Part shown: positions 51,001 through 61,608 of the stretch, in pieces
How the letters are laid out: the number at the start of each line of letters is the position of its first letter
Position numbering within the stretch: the stretch's first letter is position 1
DNA from: Candidatus Moanibacter sp.
GTDB lineage: Bacteria > Verrucomicrobiota > Verrucomicrobiia > Opitutales > UBA2987
Assembly: GCA_965215885.1 (NCBI GenBank)
Contig: CBDCEW010000084.1
Span: 12,361 to 76,360 of the forward strand
Length of the DNA: 64,000 nt
Reading direction: 5' to 3'
Notes under the pieces: generated by a model
What the model saw: the letters and a program-made list of their open reading frames with translations, nothing else
What the model was told of the DNA's origin: nothing
Databases searched by the model: none
Position numbers and translations under genes: made by a program

Positions 51001-51658
51001 CGCCTGCCTCAAATCGCCCGCTGACAGTCTACGCCAAGGGGGCGCTGCGCTACTGCTTATTCTCACAGTTTACGCAGCATCTGTGGAGACTCTTCTGCAG
51101 CCACTCGGGTGGGAGATGGAGATTCTAAATCCCGTTGTGCGCCCATTGTCACAGCTTCTCGGCTTTAATCAGAATTGGGCGATGTTTACGCGTGGAAAAA
51201 TTGAACCGCTGGCTACCGATGAATTGAGGTTGGATTCCGCCAGGCTTCGCCTCATGACAGCATTTGTGGTGGACGATAAAGGAGAGTTACGCGACCCCTT
51301 TACCTTTGAAATTGTAAGTTTCTCAGAGGCTTTCCAACACTACGTAGATAGTCCTCGATTTATTCGTGCCTTATTGTTCGAAGTCGACGATCGTCATGAG
51401 GAGGGTCGACTGAATACGGTCTTAACCGTCGCGAATGCTGTCGCCGCAGGTTTTAAGAGAAGAATCGGTGAGGTGAAAGAGGTCGTCTACTACACCTATC
51501 GGTATGATCTACCCGTTGATGGGGAAGAGGCGTTATTCGAACATTTTTATGAAATGCCGGTGATACTGAGAGAGTGGGGACGCGTACGATTTGTTCAAGG
51601 AAAGCCGGTGGAATTGACAAAGGCGTGGGGGGAGGCGGCAGAATGGAGAGAGATTTAG
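50969..51658 (+). CDS. membrane-anchored hypothetical protein (QNWAMF motif; HTTM partner or C-terminal half)
   Basis: Overlaps both neighbours; LLGFNQNWAMF motif. Confidence 0.55.
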   Translation: MISESFKERLSACLKSPADSLRQGGAALLLILTVYAASVETLLQPLGWEMEILNPVVRPLSQLLGFNQNWAMFTRGKIEPLATDELRLDSARLRLMTAFVVDDKGELRDPFTFEIVSFSEAFQHYVDSPRFIRALLFEVDDRHEEGRLNTVLTVANAVAAGFKRRIGEVKEVVYYTYRYDLPVDGEEALFEHFYEMPVILREWGRVRFVQGKPVELTKAWGEAAEWREI

Positions 51659-53121
51659 TCGGGAAATCTCATCGTTTTCAGGCCGGACAGGCCGACTTCG
51701 TTTCTCACGTGAATTACAAGGAACATTTTGACTGTGTCGCGGAAAATGACACCCGCCCCCGCTGGTATCAGAGGCACTTCCACCGGCAGATCCAACGGAT
51801 TCTGGGGCACCATATTCCGGAGGGGAAGCGAGTTGTCGAATGGGGTTGCGGTGGGGGAAGCCTTTTGGCTTCGCTGCGACCCAGTCACGGGTTGGGATTG
51901 GACCTCAGTCCAAAGATGATAGAGAAGGCGAGGAATCGTTTTCAGGAACCCGGCCTCCAATTTCGCGTTGGAGATCTCAGCCGCGAAGTCCTGGATGAAG
52001 AGTTCGACGACATCGTATTAGATTATCTACTCGGTTATGTGGAAGATATACAAAAATGCCTCGAGAATTTGCACGCTTCCTCGGGAGCGCGCACGCGCCT
52101 TTATATCACATCGCTCAACACTATCTGGAAACCGATTCTACGCCTCGGGCAAATTGTCGGCGCCGTGGTGAGGCAGCCCCCGAGCAATTGGCTCTCGCTG
52201 GACGATCTCATAAACCTTGTCGAACTCTCCGGCTGGGAAGTCGTCACAACGTCATCGGAACAGCTCTTTCATTTTGATGTACCCCTCGTAACGGGCCTTT
52301 TTAACCGCTTCCTCGTTCGCCTGCCTTTTCTCCGTCATTTTGGGACGACGCTTCTGATCGTAGCGCGACCTCAGAAAGTGCCGGAGCTTAGCGGTGAGAT
52401 AAGTTGCTCGGTGATCGTGCCGGTGCGCAACGAAGCGGGAAACATTCGGCCTGCCCTCGAACGTGTGCCGACACTTGGAAAGCGAACCGAGATCATCTTT
52501 GTGGAAGGCAACAGCAGCGATGATACCTGGGAGGTCGTTCAGAGGGAGACCGGCGAATACAGTGGCCCACACCAGGTCTCCTGTTGCCGTCAACCGGGAA
52601 AGGGAAAATGGGACGCCGTATTCACGGGATTCTCCAAGGCAAAAGGAGATGTGCTGGTGATTCAAGACGGTGATCTAACGGCTCCACCGGAGGATCTCCC
52701 GAAATTTTTCGAAGCCGTTATTCAGGGCAAAGCGGAGTTTGCCAATGGAAGCCGCCTTGTCTATCCGATGGAAGATAAAGCGATGCGGTTTCTGAATTTG
52801 ATTGGTAACAAGTTTTTCGCCCTGGCACTTTCCTTTGTCATCCGCCAGCCCATCAAAGACAGTCTATGCGGCACCAAGATGCTTCTTCGCTCCGATTATG
52901 AGTCGCTCCTGAAGCGCATGGAGGAATTCGGCGACTTTGACCCATTCGGTGATTTCAATCTTCTCTTCGGTTCTTCCTTACTCGACCTGAAGATCCGTGA
53001 TATCCCCGTGCGTTACAGAGATCGTAGCTATGGTGAGACTAACATTTCGCGGTTTCGACACGGTTGGATCCTGTTAAAGATGACCTGGTTCGGTTTGAGG
53101 AAACTGCGCTTCCACGGCTAG
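51643..53121 (+). CDS. class I SAM methyltransferase-like / GT2 (DPM-synthase-like) fusion
   Basis: Motifs EWGCGGG and GLDLS; VIVPVRNEAGNI, QDGDL, DSLCGTK and DPFGDF. Confidence 0.88.
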   Translation: MERDLVGKSHRFQAGQADFVSHVNYKEHFDCVAENDTRPRWYQRHFHRQIQRILGHHIPEGKRVVEWGCGGGSLLASLRPSHGLGLDLSPKMIEKARNRFQEPGLQFRVGDLSREVLDEEFDDIVLDYLLGYVEDIQKCLENLHASSGARTRLYITSLNTIWKPILRLGQIVGAVVRQPPSNWLSLDDLINLVELSGWEVVTTSSEQLFHFDVPLVTGLFNRFLVRLPFLRHFGTTLLIVARPQKVPELSGEISCSVIVPVRNEAGNIRPALERVPTLGKRTEIIFVEGNSSDDTWEVVQRETGEYSGPHQVSCCRQPGKGKWDAVFTGFSKAKGDVLVIQDGDLTAPPEDLPKFFEAVIQGKAEFANGSRLVYPMEDKAMRFLNLIGNKFFALALSFVIRQPIKDSLCGTKMLLRSDYESLLKRMEEFGDFDPFGDFNLLFGSSLLDLKIRDIPVRYRDRSYGETNISRFRHGWILLKMTWFGLRKLRFHG

Positions 53122-53211
53122 TCCCGGCTGGCCGGGATCGGACTTTATGCCTCTTTCGGAAGAGTTATTCGGTTTCATTCCAATCCCGGCCTGCCGGGAC
53201 TAGAGATCTGT

Positions 53212-54573
53212 ATGCAACTCAATCTCATTGAAGAGGATCAGTTTCCCCCGGAAAGTCGCATTCTATCGGTTTCGGCATTGACCAAGCAGATTAAGACTCT
53301 GCTTGAAAGGGAGATTGGGGAAGTCTGGATTCGGGGCGAGATTTCAAATTTCCGCCGCCAAAGCAGCGGGCATTGCTACTTTTCCCTGAAGGATGAAAAG
53401 AGCCAGGTATCAGCAGTAGTCTTTCGCGGCGATGTATCTGGTATGATAGTCTCCTTGAAGGACGGGAGGCAGATCATCGCTTACGGCCAACTCTCTGTCT
53501 ATGCTCCCCGGGGAAACTATCAATTGATCGTGCGCTACGCGCTCGAGGCAGGCGAGGGTCAGCTTCAGCTTGAATACGAACGACTCAAGACGAAACTTAC
53601 GAAAGAAGGGCTTTTTGATCGAGAGCGGAAGCGCGCCCTCCCCGTCTTACCCCGCAGCGTCGGTGTGATTACTTCGCCCACGGGCGCGGCCATCCGGGAT
53701 TTTATCAGTATTTTGACGAGACGTGGCTGGCAGGGAAACATCGTGGTCCTGCCGACAAAGGTGCAAGGTGAAGGCGCTGCTGAAGAAATCGTGGAAATGT
53801 TGGAGTTTGCCGAGCGTTGGGGAAGACTCGATCTGCTTGTAGTGGGTCGAGGTGGAGGTAGCCTGGAAGATATCTGGCCCTTTAACGAGGAAATTGTGGC
53901 TCGGGCGATCGCCAGTTGCTCTATACCGGTGATCTCGGCAGTAGGCCATGAGATCGATTTCACCTTGAGCGACTTCGCTGCCGATAAACGCGCGGAAACT
54001 CCGTCCGCCGCCGCGGAAATGATATCGAGCAATTATCTCGAGTTTGTCGTGAGGCTTTCGGATTTGGCAAGTGCCTTGGAGGATTTGGGCCGGCGCATAA
54101 TCGAACAGCGAAGCAATCACCTGCAATTGCTCAAAAGCCAGCTTTTTGGCCTGTCTCCCTCACAAATGATCGAACACTCCTTCCTGCGTCTTGACGACTT
54201 GGAGAATCGATTGCGAGAAAGGCTTCATAGAGCAATAACCGGTCGAATTATAATCGTGCAGGATCTGAAATCACGGATCGCGGCAATATCTCCCGGATCC
54301 CGCTTGAAGGTCGCTTCAGGCAGTCTTCGATCCCTCTTTCCGCGGTTGGATCGGGCCACCAGGAGCACGGTGGAGAAGGCACAGGCCCGGGTCGAACATT
54401 GCTCCAGACGTCTCATCAATGCCAGTCCCAGCCGGATCCTGAAACGAGGGTTTGTTCTTGTCAGGGACGAGGAGGGTAAGCTCGTCTCCCGAAGGAGTGG
54501 AATTGAGAAGGGGCAGCCCCTCACCAATCAGTTTTCGGATGGCGAGATTAAGGTCGAAGTGACCAAAATTTAG
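53212..54573 (+). CDS. xseA: exodeoxyribonuclease VII large subunit
   Basis: Motifs GEISNF...SGHCYFSLKD, RGGGSLEDIW and SAVGHEID. Confidence 0.96.
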   Translation: MQLNLIEEDQFPPESRILSVSALTKQIKTLLEREIGEVWIRGEISNFRRQSSGHCYFSLKDEKSQVSAVVFRGDVSGMIVSLKDGRQIIAYGQLSVYAPRGNYQLIVRYALEAGEGQLQLEYERLKTKLTKEGLFDRERKRALPVLPRSVGVITSPTGAAIRDFISILTRRGWQGNIVVLPTKVQGEGAAEEIVEMLEFAERWGRLDLLVVGRGGGSLEDIWPFNEEIVARAIASCSIPVISAVGHEIDFTLSDFAADKRAETPSAAAEMISSNYLEFVVRLSDLASALEDLGRRIIEQRSNHLQLLKSQLFGLSPSQMIEHSFLRLDDLENRLRERLHRAITGRIIIVQDLKSRIAAISPGSRLKVASGSLRSLFPRLDRATRSTVEKAQARVEHCSRRLINASPSRILKRGFVLVRDEEGKLVSRRSGIEKGQPLTNQFSDGEIKVEVTKI

Positions 54574-54789
54574 TACTCCAATTCGTATAATCGCCTCGGT
54601 CCCACTGGGCAGACTTTTTTGGCTTCTATCGATCTTACGGGTCACGCTTCGGCTATGCCGAGTGCCCGGAGCTTTCCTATTGAGATCGAAACGCATCGAA
54701 CGGAAGCGGCTAGCTCATCCCCGAAGCTTGACCTTCCAGTTCGATTCCGGCTTCCTTCCCACATGGAAGCGCTGCTTCAGCCCGCCCGC

Positions 54790-55000
54790 AGCGAGCCAGT
54801 CGCTTTGGCCTACACCGAGGAAAAACGCGAACATTTTTACACCACCGCCATGCGGCGCTATGAACGCGCGCCTCATCTGTTCATCGGCTTTCCCAGCCGG
54901 TATCTTCCCAACGAGGGCCAGCGCATCGAGCCGACCTTTATGAGGAGCCGGAACGGGGTGCATTTTACGCGCTGGTCGCGGGCCGTGATTCCCGAGTCGG
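54790..55000 (+). pseudogene. fragment of a beta-propeller glycoside-hydrolase-like gene
   Basis: EHFYTTA..YERAPHLFIGFPSRY...FMRSRNGVHFTRW, with no plausible start or end. Confidence 0.45.
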
Positions 55001-55053
55001 CGCCCAGAGTTCGGGTTGCGCTGAAATTGGAAGGTGCCGTGGTAGGCTAACAG

Positions 55054-57162
55054 ATGGTAGGGGGGAGGATACCTTTTCGCTCACCGACACTCCGATTCTT
55101 TTGCGGAAGTCTGACCCTTGCGGTGTGTCAACTCCTGCTGATCAACTTGGCAATGCTCAACAAGTCGCCCACTTTCGACGAACCAGCACATCTCTCTGCA
55201 GGCTATAACTTCTGGTTAAATAGCGACTACCGCCAAGGGACTGACAGCTCTGTCTTCTCCCAAAAGTGGGCAGCGCTACCGCTCCTCGGAATGAAAGACC
55301 TCCAATTTCCATCGCAAAGTTGGCAGGGAAAAGTAAATTTTAATCGCTCCGGGTTCAATTCCCCGAAGCTTGCTTCGTACCTTCAAAGATCTGGAAACTC
55401 AAATGCCTCGGGGCTTGCCCCGAGGATCTTTACCCTGGTTATGGGATCGGGATCCCATTCCTCCATGAATTGGGCAATCCCACGGAAGCGATCTTATTTC
55501 GCTCCAGAGCAATGATCTCGCTATTAGCAGCTCTTGCCGGCGTGCTAATTTTCCTCTGGGGTTACTCCACATACGGCGGATGGGGAGGTCTAGTAGCGCA
55601 ATCCCTTTTCGTCTTCAATCCTATGGTTTTAGCCAATGGAGGACTTGTGACGACGGACATACCCGTAACGGTTTGGTTTCTGGCGTCAATTTTCGCATTC
55701 TGGCGACTGACGGAACGGATCTCCATCACACAGATCACCATAACAGGAATTGCCGCAGGCCTCCTCGTTATCTCAAAGATGACCGGCCTTCTATTTGGGC
55801 CTACCGCGGCAATCCTTGTGGCCATCCGAGTTTTTCATCCAAAGCCAGTCCATTGGATTGGACGCTTTGGAAACGGGGCAACGAGGCGATATTAGCCCAA
55901 GTTTGATTAAAAAGCCCCTGACCAAGGCTCTGGCACTCATCTCAGCTTCATTCCTCGCGGCTGCGATATCCCTAGGTGTTATCTGGGTGGCCTACGACCT
56001 TCGCTACGCGCGGGTAGCCGGCGTTGAAGATGTGAACAACCTCGACATATTACCCTGGGAATTAAACCGGGAACCCGAAGGCGGGCTATCGCCATTCATT
56101 GAGTTGTCCCGCCGGTATAGCCTCTTGCCACAAAGTTACCTCCTCGACCTGACACGCCTTACAGTGACTTCAGGGGAGCGCCCCTCATTTCTTTTCGGCC
56201 AAACAGATCTGAAAGGCTGGTGGTATTTTTTCCCATTCGCTTTCATTGCAAAAAGCAATCCCGCAGCGCTCATCTTGTTAGCTCTTGCCCTCGCTGCATT
56301 ATGGATTAAAAATCGAAAAATCACTGCGCTACCAAGCCGACCCGATAGACATTGGTCTATGACAGAAATGATTCCTTGGTCCGTTTTCTCTGTCCTCTTC
56401 TTGATCGCGGCGTTGCGAACCCCCCTCAACATCGGCTACCGCCACATCCTACCAATCCTGCCATTTTGCTGCCTTTACAGCGGTGCATCAATTTTCTGGA
56501 TCGGCCAATCAAAGGCCATGCGCATTTTCCTCATCTTCTTGGGAGCCTGGCTTGTCATCGCAACATTGGTCAGTTTCCCAAACTATATCGCCTATATCAG
56601 CCCTATCCTTGGAGGCTCATCCAACAACTACAATGTCCTCATCGATAGCTCCACGGACTGGGGGCAAGAGTTACCCGCAGTGAAGGACAAAATTAATCAC
56701 TGGCACACTGTGTCGGGGAAAAAACTGCCCGTATACTTCTCCTATTTCGGTTCAAGCCGTCCCTCAGATTACGGATTGGAAACGCAGGCACTGCCTTCAT
56801 TTTTCAGAAATGACCAATCACGGTTTTACCCCCTCCGTCCCGGGATCTATCTTATCAGCAACACCATGTTGCAAACACTCTACACCCGTTTCCCAGGCGA
56901 ATGGAACCCCAGCTACGAAAAGTTGTACCAAGAAATCGCCTGGGTGCCCAAGTTAATGAAAGCAGGAAAGAAGCCCGAAACCATGAATTCCCAAGAGTGG
57001 ATTAATTCGGCGACCACCTGGAATGAACTGCGATTCGCACGCCTTGCCAGCTACCTCCGCCACCGAGAACCTGACGACCACGTAAACCATGGAGTCCAAG
57101 CCTATGTCCTCACGAGGGAAGAACTTCGAGATGCCCTTCAGGGCGATCCGATCATGCCTTAG
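55054..57162 (+). pseudogene. ArnT/GT39-like membrane glycosyltransferase in three frames
   Basis: Motifs SPTFDEPAHL, LANGGLVTTD, GWWYFFP, LNIGYRHILP and DSSTDWGQEL. Frame changes at a ~92-bp insert and near 55860-55890. Confidence 0.85.
55342..55433. mobile_element. ~92-bp palindromic insert resembling IS200/IS605 ends (PATE-like)
   Basis: Hairpins CGAAGC-TT-GCTTCG and CCTCGGGGC-TT-GCCCCGAGG. Removal restores the host frame; no target duplication. Confidence 0.62.
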
Positions 57163-57439
57163 ACGTTAAAAAAACGAGCGCCCGAAACGACGAATCGTCA
57201 AATCCGAAAAAAGTGAACGACCGAGAAAAAATACCTTAACGAATTTAAGGGGTTTCAGGAGGTATTTGATATGGCAAAGTGACACGTGTTGAAATACTTC
57301 GAGTTCCGCTTGTTCTCCGGCAGTGACGTCGAGGGTTCTAACAAGTGCAACTATTTCCGTAGAATTGAACATGCTCCGGAGGATTGGTTCCTCGTTTGTC
57401 AGTGTCGCAGTTACCCTCCTGAAACTTCTCGATGATCCT

Positions 57440-57660
57440 GTCTCGTAGACTCTTATCCACCCCATGTTTGCGCGGCAGCTTGCTTACCAAGTACCCCATA
57501 TTAAAGTTGCAAAGCTGATGCAATACACTCAGCTTGTTCGCGGTTGGTTTTGCCCGTTTGGTGTCTCTTCGTTTTTGTTTTTTCATGGATGGTATCTTAA
57601 CCGAAACCATCCCCTAACGACAGGACCAACCTTTTCTTTTTCCTGCCTGTGGGGCGCTAT
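57440..57660 (-). mobile_element. IS4-family remnant (left end and transposase N-terminus)
   Basis: KPTANKLSVLHQLCNF..GYLVSKLPRKHGVDK resembles DUF4372-type IS4 transposase starts. Confidence 0.5.
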
Positions 57661-57692
57661 TGTTTCTGGCCCGTGAATTGAAGCAAAGCAAG

Positions 57693-59607
57693 ACCCCATT
57701 CGAAAAGCCTTTCGAGCGGGCGGTTTAAGGTTCTCCGCCACGGGCGGACCAGCCTATGGCTGGCAGGTTTCGGGTTTTAGGCTGCCGGCGCTGCCGATGA
57801 GCAGGTATTGAGCGGCCATCGGCGTGGCTTGCTGCACAATACGTATATTTGCCGCTGTCTGGAGGCATACTCATCCCGTGGTGCTTTTTTCTCTGAGCTT
57901 CAAAGCGGTCAGATTCAGGCTGCCTGTTCCAGTTCCTCCCCTCGGCGTTTCTTCATCAGTATGATGCGGCAGAAGTTGTAGGCCAGAACCTTCTCGAGCA
58001 GTTCATCGCCTACCGCATCGATGCCGCGGCGGCCGAGTTCGCCAAAGGCAAATCCATCTTTAATCGTGAACATCAGCGACTCCACTGCGGAGCGATCGCG
58101 GCGTGCCTCGCGATACGCCTCGCTCTCCCAGTCCTCGGGGGTGGTCAACTTCTTGCCCTTCGCCCCACTGATACTGATCTGCTTTACCCCCATGCTCAGC
58201 ACCTCCTTGCGTCCCTTCGCCGAAGCATATCCGTCATCGGTGCTGACCAGTTCAGCAATGACACCGGTGCGCTTGATCGAATCGCCGATGGCCGGCGCCA
58301 GCTCAATGGAGTCTGCCGCGTTGCCTTGCGGTACGATCAGGCTGGTGACAAAACCGTTTTCGCTGCGAACCAGTTGTGGCTTGTACCCGATCACTGGATT
58401 GCGGCTGCCCTTCTTGATGTAGGCCGCCGATCCGTCCGAGAGGCTCAGGACCTTCTGTGTGGACGGTAGCTTCTTTTCGTGAAACACCCGATCATGAGCA
58501 TACTCAACAACCCGCTTGGCGTCGGCAATATCGCCCCTGATCTGGCTCAATGCCCGCTCCAGAAGCTCCCGGCGAGTGGGAGGCAGTGAATCCATCGACA
58601 GGCCCTCTTCAAGATGGCTCAGTTCCCCCGTTAGTGAGTCGGCCGCCTTGCGGCCCCGCTTGAGCAACCGCCGGTAGTGTTTCTTCAGCTTGCCCTTCGA
58701 CTTCGGTTTGCCCGCGGCCAGACAAATCTGAAACTCCAGCTTGTCCATTTCCTCCAGCCAACGCCCAACCCATCCCTTGCGAAAATCCTCCAGCCCGAAG
58801 ACATGCAACTTCTGACCCAAACGATTGGCCCGCATCAAAAGACCGCCCAGAATCTTCCCATCGGTGGGCCAGCAGCTGTTTGCTTTCACCGAGGTGCTGT
58901 CGATCGTCAGCTTCCCGAAATCGTCCCATTGCTCCTGGAGGATAAACCCAATCTGTTTATCAAAGATCAACTCGCGGGTCGTATGGCTGACCAGGTTCAC
59001 GTTCTCCAGAATCGTCGTCACCGCCGGCATTCTCAGTCCCCCGCTCTGCAAAAATCCGTACAAGCTCATCGACTCGCGCACAAACCGCCGTGCCGGTTTC
59101 GTGGTCAACGAACCCAGAAACCCTCGAAGCATCACGAACACGTATACCGCATAAGCCGGCATCCGCGGCCGGCCTGCCCCAAGATTCAATTCAGCAGCCA
59201 GAATATTCTCCTCCTCGATGTCCAGCTCCGGCAGCTCCGCTGTGCGCCCTTCAAAGAACCTGCGATCTTCCAATCGAAGTTTCTTCTTCTCACGTGCATG
59301 GGCGTCCAGATCCTTCTCGATCGCCTCGATGATTTGCGGCGCGAACCCGGCCAATTCTTCAACTTCATCCAGAAAATCACGGAAATCCGTGTCTGGAACC
59401 GGCAGAATGAGGTTGCTAAGGGGCGTCTTATCGCTTTTGTTCTCCTCTGTCGCACATGTTGGCATGTTTAACTCCTTTCTTAATCTTAGGTTGTTAAACA
59501 CTAGCATGTTGCGACACTTTTTATCAAGCCAAAAAATGATTTTTCTCAAGTTTTTCTTGCGCCTTTTGCGCCTCTTTGCGGCCAATCAGTAGCTTTTCGG
59601 ATAAGGT
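57693..59607 (-). mobile_element. IS5/ISNCY-like element, copy 2 (1915 bp)
   Basis: Inverted ends ACCCCATTCGAAAAG / ACCTTATCCGAAAAG (12/15). 4-bp direct repeat CAAG at 57689-57692 and 59608-59611. Confidence 0.9.
57915..59465 (-). CDS. DDE transposase, 516 aa
   Basis: RBS AAGGAG before ATG 59465; motifs IDSTSVKANSCWPTD, STDDGY and RSAVES. Confidence 0.88.
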   Translation of the reverse strand: MPTCATEENKSDKTPLSNLILPVPDTDFRDFLDEVEELAGFAPQIIEAIEKDLDAHAREKKKLRLEDRRFFEGRTAELPELDIEEENILAAELNLGAGRPRMPAYAVYVFVMLRGFLGSLTTKPARRFVRESMSLYGFLQSGGLRMPAVTTILENVNLVSHTTRELIFDKQIGFILQEQWDDFGKLTIDSTSVKANSCWPTDGKILGGLLMRANRLGQKLHVFGLEDFRKGWVGRWLEEMDKLEFQICLAAGKPKSKGKLKKHYRRLLKRGRKAADSLTGELSHLEEGLSMDSLPPTRRELLERALSQIRGDIADAKRVVEYAHDRVFHEKKLPSTQKVLSLSDGSAAYIKKGSRNPVIGYKPQLVRSENGFVTSLIVPQGNAADSIELAPAIGDSIKRTGVIAELVSTDDGYASAKGRKEVLSMGVKQISISGAKGKKLTTPEDWESEAYREARRDRSAVESLMFTIKDGFAFGELGRRGIDAVGDELLEKVLAYNFCRIILMKKRRGEELEQAA

Positions 59608-59658
59608 CAAGCTAGGCCGGAAATCACAGACCTTCATCAATTCGTCTTCATCGTATCT

Positions 59659-61497
59659 ATGACTCCGGGATCTCGAGTTCGGCTATCACTGTTTTTCTTA
59701 TCCATTCTTTGTTCTCTTATTTTTGGATTTTTCGTCTTCAGCCCCGAGCAAGCCGATATACTCCTGAAATACTGCGGCTACTGGATGATCTTTTTTAGCT
59801 TCGTTGTGTTTATGGTCTTTCTCACGAAGGCTTTGAAGACCTTCCCTGCTGAGTATGGTCTGCAGATACGCGACCTCTTTGCCTGCACTTGCCTACTAGC
59901 TGTCTGGCTTATCCCGCTGGTTCAGGAACCGTCTGGATACAAAGTGATCTACGACGAGATTATCCTAACCGGCTCCGCTCAGCAGATGCATTTCGAACGA
60001 GAGATGCACACTCCCTTGCGGGGTTACACCATCAACGGCGTCTTTTACATTCTCGGCAGTTTTCTGGACAAACGGCCTTTCTTTTTCCCATTCCTCGTTT
60101 CCTTGATGCACGACTTCTCCGGTTATCGACCCGAAAATGTGTTCTACCTCAATTTCATTCTCAGCTTTGTCCTGGTCGCGCTGGTCTATCTGTTGGGCCG
60201 CATTTTCTCGGGTGTCGCCGGAGGCCTTCTGGCCGGCCTTCTACTCGCCAGCCTCCCGCTTCTCGCTCAATTAGCAAGGAGCGGAGGATTCGAGCTGCTG
60301 AATCTTTTGATGATCGTGCTCACCATCCTCCTCGGAATCCATTATTATCGGAAGGCGGACAGCGTTTCGCTTACAGCCTTTGGTTATAGCGGGCTGCTGC
60401 TCGCACTCGTGCGTCACGAGTCGATCATCTTTGTAATTCCCGTTGGTCTCACCACGCTTTGGAGGTGGTGGAAATCGCGCAAGTTGGTGCTCCCAGGGTT
60501 CTTCATTCTCATCCCACTGCTACTGACCATCTACACGCTCCAGCTTACCGTTTTCGAGCAGAGGTCCGAACGCTGGCAACTGAAAGACAAACCCGATGCC
60601 ACTTCCCTCTTCGGGCTGCAGTATCTCCCCGACAATTTCGGGCATGCCCTCAACTTTTTTTTCGATCCGGGATACGCCCACCCTAACTCCCTCTTTCTCA
60701 GTGTCTTCGGACTCTTTTTCGGCATCCTTTTCCTCGTTAAACTCTCGCGAAAGACCAACCGCGAATTGTTGTGCCGGGCCGATCGGGCACCCCTGCTCTT
60801 ATTCGGCGTTACTCTGTTTTTGGTGTCGTTTGTGCTCCTCGGTTACTTTTACGGCCAGTTTGACGATCACATGATGAGTCGGCTGAGCCTCCCTTCACAC
60901 TTGTTGCTCATCTTCCCGGGTGTCATATATTTGGGCCGTTATGAAAAGAGCGGGCAGGCCTGGTGGTGCGCCCTTGTCCTCGCCGTGATCGGTTTCTTCG
61001 CACAGTCCCTACCTACGGTGGCGAACGGCATTTCTTCTCGATCTTACGTGCCCGCGACCGTGGAAAACTGGAAAAGGGCGTTTATTAAGAAACATAGAAA
61101 TGAGAATTTCCTCTTCATCGATTATTCTCCCATACTCCCAATTACTTACAAGAAGAGCGGTCTCAGTTACCAACGCTTGGCCATGCGGCGTGACGAACTG
61201 GAATTTCACTTCGCGGCGCGCAGCTTCGACGCCGTCTACCTCTTTCAAAATCTCGCCCGCGATGAATTCGGTACGCTGATGCCTTACTCCGGTTTCGAAA
61301 CCCCCGAGGGTTTTGCCCTGGAATCGGTTGCAGAAAAACACTTCTCACCACTCGCGATCGGTAGAATAAGCCGCATCGTCGCAATTACCTCCCAATCCGA
61401 TCCCTACAAGGATTTCTGGGCTAACGTTTCTCAAATTGAAGATGTAAAGGGGCGGATGGAACGCTTCCATAATGAGTGGTTAAAGAGACTTCCCTGA
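59659..61497 (+). CDS. multi-pass GT-C-type glycosyltransferase-like protein
   Basis: YDE, MHFE, LDKRPFFFPFL, GYRPEN and GQFDD..SRLSL motifs shared with 46494..48434. Confidence 0.72.
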   Translation: MTPGSRVRLSLFFLSILCSLIFGFFVFSPEQADILLKYCGYWMIFFSFVVFMVFLTKALKTFPAEYGLQIRDLFACTCLLAVWLIPLVQEPSGYKVIYDEIILTGSAQQMHFEREMHTPLRGYTINGVFYILGSFLDKRPFFFPFLVSLMHDFSGYRPENVFYLNFILSFVLVALVYLLGRIFSGVAGGLLAGLLLASLPLLAQLARSGGFELLNLLMIVLTILLGIHYYRKADSVSLTAFGYSGLLLALVRHESIIFVIPVGLTTLWRWWKSRKLVLPGFFILIPLLLTIYTLQLTVFEQRSERWQLKDKPDATSLFGLQYLPDNFGHALNFFFDPGYAHPNSLFLSVFGLFFGILFLVKLSRKTNRELLCRADRAPLLLFGVTLFLVSFVLLGYFYGQFDDHMMSRLSLPSHLLLIFPGVIYLGRYEKSGQAWWCALVLAVIGFFAQSLPTVANGISSRSYVPATVENWKRAFIKKHRNENFLFIDYSPILPITYKKSGLSYQRLAMRRDELEFHFAARSFDAVYLFQNLARDEFGTLMPYSGFETPEGFALESVAEKHFSPLAIGRISRIVAITSQSDPYKDFWANVSQIEDVKGRMERFHNEWLKRLP

Positions 61498-61608
61498 CTT
61501 GAAACTTATAGGTCGGCGCGACTTCGCGGGCCATCCCCCCGCTCGTCTCATCGCCCAAACGGAACTCGGCCTCGAGGTGATCGTAATTACGAATTTGAGT
61601 AGGTAGCA

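Noticed and set aside
59466..59585. Basic N-terminal extension of the transposase from TTG 59585
   Set aside because: Broken by a 1-bp indel in copy 1, and a good RBS precedes ATG 59465.
1..59607. Composite transposon between the two IS5-like copies
   Set aside because: Copy 2 has its own CAAG duplication on both sides, the copies have diverged, and the interval is core genes.
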